64,000 nucleotides of DNA from a virus (IMGVR_UViG_3300028800_000066:8207-72206), one strand, 5' to 3'; numbered from the stretch's first letter, positions 1 through 9,835 are shown. Numbers and translations are program-made. The notes: a model not told the origin generated them from the sequence alone.

Positions 1-27
1 AGATGCGATTGCCATTCTTGTCTCCTA

Positions 28-273
28 TTATTTCTTTCCTGTAAGATAAATTAAACATCCCAATGTGTATGCTTCAGATATCAAAACCAAAGCCATGTAA
101 CCAAAAGCGAAATATGCAAAGATAGAAAAGAAATGAAAGATTAAAGCCGTAGTTGCTAACACACTAAGTTTGTTAGTGATTTTCCCACTTCTTATTTTCT
201 CTATGATTTGTTTGAGATTGTATGTGAAAAATAGCGATAGTATTATAGAAAGCGTTGCAATAAGAAAAGTCAT
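28..273 (-). CDS. hypothetical small membrane protein (3 predicted TM helices)
   Basis: Hydrophobic segments visible in the track translation. Function unknown. Confidence 0.45.
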   Translation of the reverse strand: MTFLIATLSIILSLFFTYNLKQIIEKIRSGKITNKLSVLATTALIFHFFSIFAYFAFGYMALVLISEAYTLGCLIYLTGKK

Positions 274-277
274 TTAT

Positions 278-475
278 TTATCCTTTGTTGTTGTTATTTG
301 GGTCGAAAGCACTATCGAAAGAATCTTGGACTAAAGCTATCCTATTCTTTCTCAACTTTTCAACAATCTTCTTACTTTTAAACTCTAACTCTTTTGACTG
401 CCCACCTATATTACTTATAGATGAAAGCAAATCTCCCATACTGTTCGCTGTAGATTCTTTCATGATGTCTCCCAT
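278..475 (-). CDS. hypothetical protein
   Basis: ORF tightly packed between neighbours on the coding strand. Confidence 0.4.
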   Translation of the reverse strand: MGDIMKESTANSMGDLLSSISNIGGQSKELEFKSKKIVEKLRKNRIALVQDSFDSAFDPNNNNKG

Positions 476-1170
476 TATTGAAATAATTTAATTCCAATTA
501 ATTGCGTTACATCGTTCCAAGTGATTATATGCATTCCTAAAAGGATAAGTATCAATAAAATAGTAGCCACTAATAGAACTTTGTATACTCCACTTACTCC
601 GTCAATAACAGTTTTTAGAAAAGTCATAGATTTGGAAAACCAATTCTTATTCTTTTCTGTTTTTATTTGAGTCTCCGAATGAGCCTTGGCTTCCACAATT
701 TTTTCAGCCTTCTCGGCGGCTTTTATTTCTATGTCTCTTACAATTTCTTTCTGTGTTTCTCTTGTCTTCAAATATGAAACATCGCCCTGAATTGCCGTGA
801 TAGCATCCTTAAGTTTGTTCAATGTTTCACTAGCGTCCTCAATTGAACCCTTCTTCATCTCATTCACAACCGCAACAGTGCTTCCCAATGAATCATTAGA
901 AGATATGATTTGTTGTTTATGTATTTCTAATTTACTTGTCAAATCATTGACTGAACGTATTAAATCTTCCAACTTACTTTGTGTTGTCTTTTGGTCCTGA
1001 CTTTGTTTCTTATATAACTCAGTTAAAATAGCAACATTTTCAGAAATCTCGGATAGGATTTCATTGTTTTGAGTACCAACGCTGTCAGTATTATGCAAAG
1101 CCGCTTTAATTGAAGATATTAAATCGATTAGATAATCTACAGTTACAGAACTCTTTGCATCATCGCTCAT
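475..1170 (-). CDS. coiled-coil protein with C-terminal transmembrane anchor
   Basis: Heptad-like Q/E/K/L-rich sequence. C-terminal hydrophobic stretch VLLVATILLILILLGMHII. Confidence 0.55.
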   Translation of the reverse strand: MSDDAKSSVTVDYLIDLISSIKAALHNTDSVGTQNNEILSEISENVAILTELYKKQSQDQKTTQSKLEDLIRSVNDLTSKLEIHKQQIISSNDSLGSTVAVVNEMKKGSIEDASETLNKLKDAITAIQGDVSYLKTRETQKEIVRDIEIKAAEKAEKIVEAKAHSETQIKTEKNKNWFSKSMTFLKTVIDGVSGVYKVLLVATILLILILLGMHIITWNDVTQLIGIKLFQ

Positions 1171-1173
1171 GAA

Positions 1174-1530
1174 TTACTTCTTTCTGGGCTTCGCTTTCTT
1201 AGCTGGAGCCGCAACTGGGATTCTAGATATTTTCTTGGGAGCCTTCTTTGGCTCAGGTTGCTTAACAACAACCTCTTCAGCTTCGGAATCAAGCATGTCT
1301 GGAAGAATTGTTGTTCTTACATTACTCTCTATAACTTCCTCATCCGTCTTCTCGACAGGTTCTTCCACTATCTTTCTCTTTGAACCAGCCAATGCTGGCT
1401 TTCCACCTAACATTACAACAACTTGTGAACCACCAGTATTGTTGTCTATATCTGGGTCATAATGGTCATTATTATTATCAACAACCGCACCACCATTAGT
1501 TTGCTTCACCTTACTCTTATCTATACTCAT
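1174..1530 (-). CDS. Lys/Pro-rich basic protein
   Basis: C-terminal KKAPKKISRIPVAAPAKKAKPRKK. Histone-like or DNA-binding composition. Function is inference. Confidence 0.5.
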   Translation of the reverse strand: MSIDKSKVKQTNGGAVVDNNNDHYDPDIDNNTGGSQVVVMLGGKPALAGSKRKIVEEPVEKTDEEVIESNVRTTILPDMLDSEAEEVVVKQPEPKKAPKKISRIPVAAPAKKAKPRKK

Positions 1531-1541
1531 GATTTTCTCCT

Positions 1542-1859
1542 CTACTTTCCTTTTGGTTTCTTTTTGGGTCTCTCTTCCCCAAGAGCGAATGTTCTTATGC
1601 TACTTGGTGGAGTGTTGTCTTGCCTTGGTCTTGCATTTGGGATTGACTTCTTTGCTGGGACATAAACTGCTACATTATATTTATCAGATTTCATTTGTGA
1701 TTTTCTATTTTCAAAATCTTTTTCCTTATCAACAATATCATCGGCATGTTTCTTTCCGGTGGCTTCTTGAACACCGCCTACACCAGTGATACGATATCTA
1801 TCCCTAATAGCCTCGAAATTTTTTTTAACCCATTCTGGGTCACTTGAATTATTTTCCAC
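1542..1859 (-). CDS. basic hypothetical protein
   Basis: Lys/Arg-rich ORF on the coding strand. Confidence 0.45.
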   Translation of the reverse strand: MENNSSDPEWVKKNFEAIRDRYRITGVGGVQEATGKKHADDIVDKEKDFENRKSQMKSDKYNVAVYVPAKKSIPNARPRQDNTPPSSIRTFALGEERPKKKPKGK

Positions 1860-2061
1860 GGCGCATCCTTCTTGAAGCTTTTTTATAAACTATTTTTGCT
1901 ATACGTATTTTTCTAGATACGAAATGTTTTATGGAACCTCTAATGTAGAAAAAAATAAATAGGACTATTGCCATAATTCCACCGATTATCAGTAGCACAA
2001 ACATCAATGGGACTATTAATTTTTCTAGCGATTTGTATATAAATTCTCGCATGTATGGCAC
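1849..2061 (-). CDS. small membrane protein
   Basis: One strong TM segment (IVPLMFVLLIIGGIMAIVLFIFFYI). Confidence 0.4.
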   Translation of the reverse strand: MPYMREFIYKSLEKLIVPLMFVLLIIGGIMAIVLFIFFYIRGSIKHFVSRKIRIAKIVYKKASRRMRRGK

Positions 2062-2111
2062 CTTAATATAATAAAAAGTTATAAGGTTTTTACAGCTTTA
2101 GAACAAATTAG

Positions 2112-2146
2112 ACAAAAGAAAAGGCCCCTATCTTTCGATAGAGGCC
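2112..2146 (-). terminator. rho-independent terminator downstream of capsid gene
   Basis: Minus-strand RNA: GGCCUCUAUC-GAAA-GAUAGGGGCC (9/10 bp stem) followed by UUUUCUUUUG. Confidence 0.75.
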
Positions 2147-2179
2147 AATTTCTTTTTCTCTTTTTAGTATTTCTACTAA

Positions 2180-3157
2180 TTAGGCAGTGACGGTCAACTT
2201 CGATACGCCGCGTGGGTTTACAACTGCGATACCGATAATTTCGTTAACAACCCAGCCCAACTTCAACTGCTTTGGCTCATCAGCAGGCAATACTTCAATA
2301 TCCTGTCTGATTGGCATTACACCAACGAACTCTGGGTCGGCTGTAGCGTATACTGTGTTAGCAGGAACGACCTTAGAAACGATGATGTCTGCTGTCCAAA
2401 GGTGTCCATAAAGACCAGTCTGAAGAACTTCGCGCTGTGTTACTGGGTCGAAGTCAGTTGGCTGGAATGTACGGAATCCAGAGAATGTCAAGATGTTCAT
2501 GAACAATCTTGATGTTACCAAGTCCCACTTGTCAACCTGTGCTACAAGGTAGTTCAAGCCTGCCTTGGTAAGGGTGCCACCTGAAACTGATGTTGCTACG
2601 TTCTCAAGAGTTGAAGCGAAATCCAAAGCGGCGAAAATGTTGGTATCTTCCTGAGCCTGGATTTCCTGTCTTGCTCTCTGCTGAGCACGGTCAATGACGT
2701 TGAAACGGCGTCTCTTGACTTCGTAAATTCTAACTGTTGGGTTAGATACGATTTCGAATTCTGGAACTGAAATACGGTCTCCCTTGATTCTGCTTTCTGG
2801 AGCGGCACCGTTTGACGATACGACAATGGCTGATACATCAATGTCCTTATCGTAAACTGGTAATGCACCCTGAGGTAGTGGGTCAACGCGAAGAGCCTTA
2901 CGACCTACACCCTGATAGTCAAGGTTTCTACGGATTGGATTTGCCATTGCCTGAGCAAGAGCAACCTTTCCTCTTTCGCTCTGCATTGCTTTGACCAAGA
3001 GGGCTTCTCTTGCGTCATCGTTTACAGAGGCGTTTGTTGAAGGGGCGGCTGTTACACCATTCTGCATTGCCTGAGCGAATGCAACAATCTTGTTGATTGC
3101 ATCGGCTGAGGAAGCGGCGTTAAGCTCTCCCTTGGAGTTAAATAATTCGTTTGCCAT
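2180..3157 (-). CDS. putative major capsid protein (HK97-like fold, inferred)
   Basis: 325 aa. AGGAGA RBS 6 nt upstream of ATG. Last gene of the morphogenesis block. Strong terminator immediately downstream. Fold assignment not tested. Confidence 0.55.
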   Translation of the reverse strand: MANELFNSKGELNAASSADAINKIVAFAQAMQNGVTAAPSTNASVNDDAREALLVKAMQSERGKVALAQAMANPIRRNLDYQGVGRKALRVDPLPQGALPVYDKDIDVSAIVVSSNGAAPESRIKGDRISVPEFEIVSNPTVRIYEVKRRRFNVIDRAQQRARQEIQAQEDTNIFAALDFASTLENVATSVSGGTLTKAGLNYLVAQVDKWDLVTSRLFMNILTFSGFRTFQPTDFDPVTQREVLQTGLYGHLWTADIIVSKVVPANTVYATADPEFVGVMPIRQDIEVLPADEPKQLKLGWVVNEIIGIAVVNPRGVSKLTVTA

Positions 3158-3170
3158 TGTATGATTTCTC

Positions 3171-3386
3171 CTAGGAATTTTGTTTAGAGATGATTTCTCT
3201 ATCTCTTTTAGTTGTTTCTTTTATGCTATTTAACCTAATAGCAAAAGGATGAGTGCAAATTACTTTAGCTTTCTTGGTCTTAATTAATATTCTGGCTTTT
3301 GCTGATGATGTGGAGCACAAAGCCGTCATATCACCGTTATAAACCGGAATTTTTTCTAAAAAAATTGGCATTCTCAGCCACCTCAT
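3171..3386 (-). CDS. hypothetical small basic protein
   Basis: ORF between the putative decoration and capsid genes. Confidence 0.35.
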   Translation of the reverse strand: MRWLRMPIFLEKIPVYNGDMTALCSTSSAKARILIKTKKAKVICTHPFAIRLNSIKETTKRDREIISKQNS

Positions 3387-3402
3387 TATCTGGTGTTATT
3401 CA

Positions 3403-4068
3403 TTAAATTCCCGTCTTGAAGAAGTTTAAGAATGGATTTCCTGCTGTTGGAGCCTTGGTAACGTAAGCTACCTTGTCCTGACCAACGCGAGTTGTCAAAC
3501 GACCCTGCTGACCGTATGTATTATCAGCTACATAAAGGGCTGTACCTACTGTGTATGTGGAAACTAGAACGCCCGTAGACAATTCATATACGTCAGTGGA
3601 ATACTCACCTTCCTGCAACCAGATAGTGCATTTGCCAGAAGCCAATGTAGTATCATCACCAGCTTTACCTGGAATGATGTAGCTATACGAAACAGTGGTT
3701 GTTGTACCAGGAGCAAGTCCTGTAACTGCAATCGTGCCATTGACCTGGGAAGTCAAAGTGACCGTTCCTGATGGAGTAGCCAAGACGGCTGTGTTCGAAG
3801 CGGCAATAATATTAGCGTGAGCTAATGCTGTTGCGCCTGAAGCAACCACTTCGTTAACAGCCGTAGCTGAGAAAGAAGTTGTCTTGTTGTCATCAATGAT
3901 TCCGACTAAACCAGTTGTTCCAGATGTTGCCAACTGTACTTCTGGGTCGCCTGTGGTAGCGTTAGGAGTAATGAAGCCCATCATACCAGCTTCAGCAACT
4001 AATGCCGCACTTACATTGATGTCACCTTGAGGACCGGACAAATTGGTGTACAATAATTTAAATGACAT
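3403..4068 (-). CDS. putative virion structural protein (Thr/Gly/Ala-rich)
   Basis: Very strong RBS (AAAAGGGGGTGAAAAATATAAATG). Compositional bias typical of decoration or fibre proteins. Position just upstream of the capsid gene. Confidence 0.5.
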   Translation of the reverse strand: MSFKLLYTNLSGPQGDINVSAALVAEAGMMGFITPNATTGDPEVQLATSGTTGLVGIIDDNKTTSFSATAVNEVVASGATALAHANIIAASNTAVLATPSGTVTLTSQVNGTIAVTGLAPGTTTTVSYSYIIPGKAGDDTTLASGKCTIWLQEGEYSTDVYELSTGVLVSTYTVGTALYVADNTYGQQGRLTTRVGQDKVAYVTKAPTAGNPFLNFFKTGI

Positions 4069-4175
4069 TTATATTTTTCACCCCCTTTTTTGTATAAGAT
4101 AGCCTCGGCCTAGATGAGGCAAATTGTCCTCGATAACTCAATCAAGAATTACCGAGGATTTTTATAACTTATTTC

Positions 4176-6083
4176 TTAGTTCCAACCCAAGTTGCCAAGG
4201 GAGCTAAAGTCTTCTGAGCCCTCTGTAGCTACTCTTTCGTTCTGACCAACAACTGGAAGCTTCATTGAAGCGGTTACAGTCTTTCTGTCAGATGCTTCGG
4301 TTGCGAAGACTTTCTTTGCTGGCATGGACTCTACTGCTTCCTTGAATGCCATGAAAGCGTTGTCATCGAACTTAGCAATCTTGCTGAACAAATCTAACTT
4401 AGCATTGGCTTCGCAGAATCCCTTTGAAGCGGCAACTTCTGCCAATTCAAAAGCTCTCTTAACGCGGCCTTCTGTCTCAGCAACAGCGGCGGAAACCTTC
4501 TTGTCGTAGCTTGCTGTCAATTCGTCAGCAAACTTCTTTCCTTCTGGTCCCATCTGGTCGTACAACTCGTGGTAATAGCTCTTTGTTGCTTGGTCGGTGC
4601 CCTGACCGTTTTCAGAAGCCTTTGTTACCTTGCCTTTTGCTCCTGCAACTGCGATGGTTGAATTCAATTCGCCTGTTGGCATCTTGTCTGCAACCTTCAA
4701 GTCGTGGTTCTGTTGTTCAATCTGGGTTTCAAATCTGTCACCCTTGTTGTCAACTGGAAGACCAACTGTAAGATTTCCGATATCAGTTCCACCATTTGGA
4801 TGTGCGGAATCAATTTCTCCATTACCATCCTTTGGTGCTCCGTCAGGAATTACTCCATACTTCTGTTCCTCTGCCATTGCCTTCTTCTGCAAGTCGGCTC
4901 TCTTAGCTAAGAAGTTCTTGATTGAGGCAACGCTCAATTCTCCCTCTTCTGGAACAGCTACTTCTACTGCTGAAACTGGTGCTCCACCTTCTACTGGTGC
5001 GCCTTCTGCTCCTGGAACTCCACCCTCTTCTTCTACAACTTGGTCAACTTTGGCAATTGCTTCGGTGGCCTGTTCGATTAAGGATTCTGTGGACTGCAAT
5101 GTAGCATCTGCACCTGGAAGAACTTCATCAGCGGCGGCATCAAAAGCTTCCTGAGCAATTTTCATAATAGCAACCTTAGCTGAAGCGGAAATTGTCTTGT
5201 CGCGTAAACGAGCGGCAATTTCCCTGTTCTCTTCGATTGCACCTTCAATAGCCTCTTCGACTGCCTGAAGCTCACGTCCTGCTTCTGCGGCCTTCTCTGG
5301 AAGTAACTCAATCAATTTGGTCTCTGCCATTTCGATTTCGCCCTTCTTGGCTTCTAATTCTGAAACTGTTGCGTCTGCACGGCCTGCGTCTTCACCAGCG
5401 GCAACTTCTACTGCCTCACCAACTGGAAGCTCTTCCTGATGCATTGCTGGAGCCATTGCCATCTGAGCCTTCTTAACGCTTGCTGTTGCAACTGGAGCTA
5501 CTTCTACGGCTGGAGCGACTACAGGAGTTACTTCTTCAAGTGGCTTGCCTGTAAGCAATTCTGCAACCTTGTTAACTCCCATCTTACGGATACGGGCTAT
5601 AATTTCCTGACCGTATTCCTTCGATGCTGTCATGTTTGCATTCTCTTCATTCAACTCTGGGCCCCAAATCTGGTCCAAGTTTGCCTTCAACACTAATTCC
5701 TTCTTGCCGCTCTTCTTGTCAGTTGCAAAAACTGACCAATGTGAAGACTGTGGCTTTGCTGTGCGAGTAAATGCAACGGACAACTTGGCGTTTGCAACCT
5801 TCTCGTCCATTGGAATTCTCTGCATCTTCTGCTTAAGCTTGAACTCTTCGCCCTGTGGACCCATTACCTTCTTGGTCTCTGCGGCGGCTCCTTCGAACCA
5901 CTTCTGCTCCCAAGGACGCGAATCCTGTCCACCTGGAGCGGTTGTCTCCATTGGCTTGTGAGGATAGGCCATTTCTTTTGGATAGCCCAAAGTCTTTGGG
6001 TTATTGCTGGTGATTTCGCCTTCCTTGGTTGCCTCGTCAGCGCCCTGGAACCACGCTTTCTTTAACTTATCTCTTAGACTCAT
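4176..6083 (-). CDS. Ala/Glu-rich coiled-coil protein (scaffold-like) with N-terminal shared domain
   Basis: Start moved to Met13 (AAGGAGA RBS), which removes the overlap with the HNH gene. Long A/E-rich helical sequence. N-terminal 88-aa domain repeated in ORF 15412..16260. Confidence 0.55.
   Translation of the reverse strand: MSLRDKLKKAWFQGADEATKEGEITSNNPKTLGYPKEMAYPHKPMETTAPGGQDSRPWEQKWFEGAAAETKKVMGPQGEEFKLKQKMQRIPMDEKVANAKLSVAFTRTAKPQSSHWSVFATDKKSGKKELVLKANLDQIWGPELNEENANMTASKEYGQEIIARIRKMGVNKVAELLTGKPLEEVTPVVAPAVEVAPVATASVKKAQMAMAPAMHQEELPVGEAVEVAAGEDAGRADATVSELEAKKGEIEMAETKLIELLPEKAAEAGRELQAVEEAIEGAIEENREIAARLRDKTISASAKVAIMKIAQEAFDAAADEVLPGADATLQSTESLIEQATEAIAKVDQVVEEEGGVPGAEGAPVEGGAPVSAVEVAVPEEGELSVASIKNFLAKRADLQKKAMAEEQKYGVIPDGAPKDGNGEIDSAHPNGGTDIGNLTVGLPVDNKGDRFETQIEQQNHDLKVADKMPTGELNSTIAVAGAKGKVTKASENGQGTDQATKSYYHELYDQMGPEGKKFADELTASYDKKVSAAVAETEGRVKRAFELAEVAASKGFCEANAKLDLFSKIAKFDDNAFMAFKEAVESMPAKKVFATEASDRKTVTASMKLPVVGQNERVATEGSEDFSSLGNLGWN
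5799..6062. repeat. about 260-bp dispersed repeat (copy A), encoding the shared WFQG...PHKPMETTAPGGQDSRPWEQKWFEGAAAE domain
   Basis: Near-identical to 15493..15741, with a 56-bp perfect match cccattaccttcttggtctctgcggcggctccttcgaaccacttctgctcccaagg. The track gives identical spurious plus-strand translations in both places. Confidence 0.8.
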
Positions 6084-6105
6084 TGTTGTTCTCCTTGGGA
6101 TAGTG

Positions 6106-6849
6106 TTATCGAGTAACACGTTTATTTTTATTTTCAGTTATTCTTTTACATATATTTATAAAATCTTTTTCTATAAACTTGTTTTTCATAATGTTAACAG
6201 TTTTATGGACCCACTGAATGTTATCTTTTGTATATCCCTTGGAAGAATCAATTCTATCTAGTGATGCAGTAGTTGTGTTTTGCTCTTTTTGTGTTTTTGA
6301 AAAACTTATATCCATGTCGCTTAAAGCACATTTTCTATTTTGTTTTTCAAAAAGCTCCCAAGCATCTTGAATTGTGATTCTAAATTCCAATTTCCTAATT
6401 TTCGCGCCATGCTTTATAACATTCCAAAAACTTCCAGATATTCCTTCGTAACCGTTCCATTTATGCGAATGAATATTTGGTCCCGTTTTACAAAGACATC
6501 CACAACTTTTCGTTAGCCCCTGTAAAACACTGCCAACTTTTGTTTCAAAAATTTTCCCACAAAAACATTTTATTTGTACTTTTTGTCTTGTGTTTTTAAA
6601 TTCTGAAAGAAGTTTTAATTTTCTATTAGAAAACTTTTTTATAACTTCTTCTTGTTTTAATTTCTGTTTGCATCCACAACTTCTAGTCAAACCAGCGAAG
6701 ATGCTTTGAGGCAGTGTTTCAAATGTGTTACCACAAAAACACTGCACCTTAACTTTTTCTCTAGCTGATTTGTAATCTGACAAAAGTTTAAAATTTCTCT
6801 CAGAAAACCTTTGTTCAACATCGTTTAGAGTAATTGCATTACCATGCAT
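6106..6849 (-). CDS. HNH homing-endonuclease-like protein with duplicated zinc-ribbon
   Basis: Two internal repeats CFCG..F(E)T..(S)CGC. C-terminal SLDRIDSSKGYTKDNIQWV..N motif typical of phage HNH_3 endonucleases. Sits between structural genes with its own promoter. Confidence 0.55.
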   Translation of the reverse strand: MHGNAITLNDVEQRFSERNFKLLSDYKSAREKVKVQCFCGNTFETLPQSIFAGLTRSCGCKQKLKQEEVIKKFSNRKLKLLSEFKNTRQKVQIKCFCGKIFETKVGSVLQGLTKSCGCLCKTGPNIHSHKWNGYEGISGSFWNVIKHGAKIRKLEFRITIQDAWELFEKQNRKCALSDMDISFSKTQKEQNTTTASLDRIDSSKGYTKDNIQWVHKTVNIMKNKFIEKDFINICKRITENKNKRVTR

Positions 6850-7044
6850 CTTAGCTCTCCCTTTAGTAGATTGATATAAGAATTTACATATTTTTAATGT
6901 TTATTCTTACTTATACTAAAGAAAAAAATATAAGATTTTGCATGTTTTTTTCAATTTATTTCGGTGTGGTTAACAGGTTTTTAAGGTTTACAGTTTTTGA
7001 GTTGATACTCAATATTTGATTGACAAATTTGTTTTAACGGCTAT

Positions 7045-7076
7045 ATTATATCAAAAACACTATATTTTATATAGGT
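7045..7076 (-). promoter_or_regulatory. candidate extended -10 promoter (TGaTATAAT) for HNH gene
   Basis: rc reads TATATA-17-TGATATAAT in the 230-bp intergenic region upstream of ORF 6106..6849. Weak -35. Confidence 0.4.
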
Positions 7077-7078
7077 TT

Positions 7079-7504
7079 TTATTCGTAATGTGGCGTATTT
7101 TTTGTAGCAAACTCACCCTTATAATCTTCAATCATAACTTCGTGAGTTCCCTCTCCATTTACACTACTTAATTCATTAGATTCAAAAGGATATTTAATTT
7201 CAAGTTCAGCTTTTAATTTTTCAGCTTCCTCTTGATTGGCAACCGGAAAAGATAATTCCTCATCCCCACCGGATTCCTTAACGGCGATGGCATATCTGTC
7301 ATACCACCATCCACCTTCTTCTGGTCCACCATAACATCTCTCTACCCAATACACAGTTACATGCAAAGGATTCTCGCTGTGTGCATCTCGAAAATCTCGT
7401 GCGTCTTCTTGAGCTAACTGTTCCTCTTCCCAAGCGGCGGCATCATCCTGACCTTCGGTTGGGTCAAAAGCCTCATCATCGAATTGAGAAAATTTTAACT
7501 TCAT
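7079..7504 (-). CDS. acidic hypothetical protein
   Basis: 141-aa ORF on the coding strand. Confidence 0.5.
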   Translation of the reverse strand: MKLKFSQFDDEAFDPTEGQDDAAAWEEEQLAQEDARDFRDAHSENPLHVTVYWVERCYGGPEEGGWWYDRYAIAVKESGGDEELSFPVANQEEAEKLKAELEIKYPFESNELSSVNGEGTHEVMIEDYKGEFATKNTPHYE

Positions 7505-7506
7505 AA

Positions 7507-8949
7507 TTATGCCTTCTTTTGTAAATAATATTTAGTTGCGGCTCTGCTCAATTCCTCTTTAAACTTCAATTCTTTGCTGTTCAATGTTTCATCTTTTTCT
7601 TTCAATCTCTTTCCAAGTGGACCCGCTGGACCTTCCTTGGCACTCTTCTTATAAGCCTCTTCTTCTAAATCTCTTGAGGTCTTACCATCGGTGCCTTGAA
7701 TCTCCAACTTTTCATTTGGATAAATCATTTCCTTATTCTTTTTTCCTTCTTCGAATCTATCATTAATATATCCGGTCATGTTGGGGTCGAATACTTGGTT
7801 GTTCAAATAAGCTGTAGTTGTCTTTCCTTTGTCTGAAGATACAATCAATTCAGTTGTATCAACATTCTTGTTCAACAACTCAGCTACAGCATTCTCAATG
7901 CTTTTAATTCCACCAGCAGAAATCTGGTCTGCGGCGGAATCTTCAAGATTCAAATGCCAAGCCTGTTTATCTTGAGAATATGCTGTCCATTCGTAGTCTT
8001 TCTCGTTTAGAGTTACGCTACCGTTAGCCTTGTAATCTTTCCAGGTCTTACGATATGTTAACTGCTTGATGTCAATTTTAATTCTTAGCATACTTGATAC
8101 CACCTTTACGTTATCATTCTTGCGATTTGCTCTAATGTCAGTTGCACATTCTGTTCCCTTACACTGAGCATCTTCATGCATCTTCAACAAGTTTTCTGGA
8201 ATTAATGAATCGGCTAATTTTGTTTGTCTATCTCCATCAACAGCCTTCTTCAATGAAGCTATTTTCTCAAGAACATTAGCTTCTCTGAAAGCTGGTACAC
8301 CGACCCAAGATAATTCAATAAACTCAAGGTCGTGGTTGACTTCGTGAATGGGCCATGCCCCAAACTTATGTTCGGAATTATTTGTGTACATGCTCATTTT
8401 CATACCCTTGTAACCAGCGATGTGGTCACAATATTCACGGTCTGTTCTTGCGATGTTTCCGCAAACAGAACATTCCGACCAACCAACACGAGTTCCCATT
8501 GAAACGGAATTTACCATTCCAGTTTCAATATCTCGGGCCAACTGTGGATGAGACTTTTTATCTACGGCGATTAAACACTCGACACATCCATCATCTTCGT
8601 TCAAGAAGGCATCAACGACCAATCCTCTGATTGCATTTAAATCATCTGATTTGTGGTCCAGGAAATTACCCTTACCAATAAATGATTGATAGGATGCTCT
8701 TAATTCTTTCATTGGGAATCCATCACCATTCTGGTTTGGTCCCCAATTTTCCAAGCTTCCAATAGCTCTTGTTCTGATATACATAAAATCATGTGAAAGA
8801 GCTAAACTCTTTTTGAACTTAGCTACTTTTGTTTTGAACTGAGCAATAGCAATCTTCGAACCTTCTGAAGAGCCAGTTTGAGATTTTACGGTATCAAAAT
8901 CTTCAGCCTGCTCCAAGAATTGTGCTGTGGCAAATTTAGTAAAAGACAT
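7507..8949 (-). CDS. hypothetical morphogenesis-block protein (480 aa)
   Basis: Large ORF between the scaffold-like and capsid-proximal genes. Function not recognisable. Confidence 0.5.
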   Translation of the reverse strand: MSFTKFATAQFLEQAEDFDTVKSQTGSSEGSKIAIAQFKTKVAKFKKSLALSHDFMYIRTRAIGSLENWGPNQNGDGFPMKELRASYQSFIGKGNFLDHKSDDLNAIRGLVVDAFLNEDDGCVECLIAVDKKSHPQLARDIETGMVNSVSMGTRVGWSECSVCGNIARTDREYCDHIAGYKGMKMSMYTNNSEHKFGAWPIHEVNHDLEFIELSWVGVPAFREANVLEKIASLKKAVDGDRQTKLADSLIPENLLKMHEDAQCKGTECATDIRANRKNDNVKVVSSMLRIKIDIKQLTYRKTWKDYKANGSVTLNEKDYEWTAYSQDKQAWHLNLEDSAADQISAGGIKSIENAVAELLNKNVDTTELIVSSDKGKTTTAYLNNQVFDPNMTGYINDRFEEGKKNKEMIYPNEKLEIQGTDGKTSRDLEEEAYKKSAKEGPAGPLGKRLKEKDETLNSKELKFKEELSRAATKYYLQKKA

Positions 8950-8950
8950 G

Positions 8951-9835
8951 TTATTTCCCCTTTATGCTTTTTAGAGCTTGCAATCTAGATTCTCTCTTCA
9001 TCTTTGTGTTCATGATGAAGGCAGGAACTTTTCCTAAAGGTTTTGGAGTAGCTGGCTGTGGTTTGGTCTTCGAAATGGGTTGTGCGGCCCCTGCTTCCGG
9101 AGTGGCTGGAGAGCCAAGTGCTTCTTCTGCTAAAGCCGTATCATCTGTTTCATCTTTCTTATCCGCCTCATCAGCTTCTTCATGTTGGTCTTCAACCAAA
9201 TTAGGGAGTTCATCTTCTTTTCTTTTCTGATAGGCTTGAAGAGCCGGACTCAACTCATTCTTTTCTACAATAAGATAATCGCGTTCCATTGGAAAACCTT
9301 CTTTCCAAGTTTCCTGCATCTTATCTAAATCTTTTTCGGCTTCAATCTTTGATTTGTATCCACCGATTATATTTTCACCAATGCCTTGTTCTCTGTTCAC
9401 GCCAAACATTGGACCCTGAATTCCGTAAGTCTTTCCAGTCTTGGAATCTGTATATTTAATATAGCTCGACTTGTCATCGGCATCTTCAGGAGAAAGATGT
9501 TGCTCGTTCTGTAGTTTATCTGACATGTCAGTATCCAACTCAACAACGAACTGAGTCCACTCGTCACGAATATCCGCAGGCTGATTGTCTGGAGTAGCTA
9601 GAATGTTTTCAGCATTTTGTTCTTGGTCTGACATATTATCTGGATTGCCCTGACCTGGAGGTGGGGTGTTCACATTTCTGTTTGCCGTGTCTCCACCCAA
9701 ATCTTCTTCTGTTCCATCGCCAGCGGCAAAGTGCTTGATAAAATCATTATAAATTTCTACTTCAGAATTTTCTGGGAGCAAAAATCCTAGAGCATTTTTT
9801 AAGTGTGTATTTTCTCTCTCATAAAAATTAGACAT
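8951..9835 (-). CDS. acidic Pro/Gln/Asp-rich protein (scaffolding-like)
   Basis: Composition and position downstream of the putative portal. Start ATG overlaps the stop of the small Zn-ribbon ORF (ATGTCTAA). Confidence 0.5.
   Translation of the reverse strand: MSNFYERENTHLKNALGFLLPENSEVEIYNDFIKHFAAGDGTEEDLGGDTANRNVNTPPPGQGNPDNMSDQEQNAENILATPDNQPADIRDEWTQFVVELDTDMSDKLQNEQHLSPEDADDKSSYIKYTDSKTGKTYGIQGPMFGVNREQGIGENIIGGYKSKIEAEKDLDKMQETWKEGFPMERDYLIVEKNELSPALQAYQKRKEDELPNLVEDQHEEADEADKKDETDDTALAEEALGSPATPEAGAAQPISKTKPQPATPKPLGKVPAFIMNTKMKRESRLQALKSIKGK

Noticed and set aside
4069-4175. Rho-independent terminator after scaffold-like gene
   Set aside because: Two hairpins (CCUCG...CGAGG, GCCUC...GAGGC) but neither is followed by a U-tract on the coding strand. 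More likely an mRNA-stabilising or processing structure ahead of the strongly translated 3403..4068 gene.
4630-5154. 174-aa plus-strand ORF (and other plus-strand ORFs 285..491, 1169..1462, 31809..32441, 32438..32938, 41928..42344, 47098..47460, 61055..61594)
   Set aside because: All are antisense to strong minus-strand genes, tRNAs or GC-rich regions. Ala/Ser/Pro-rich or low-complexity translations typical of antisense frames. No RBS. Every convincing gene in the window is on the minus strand.
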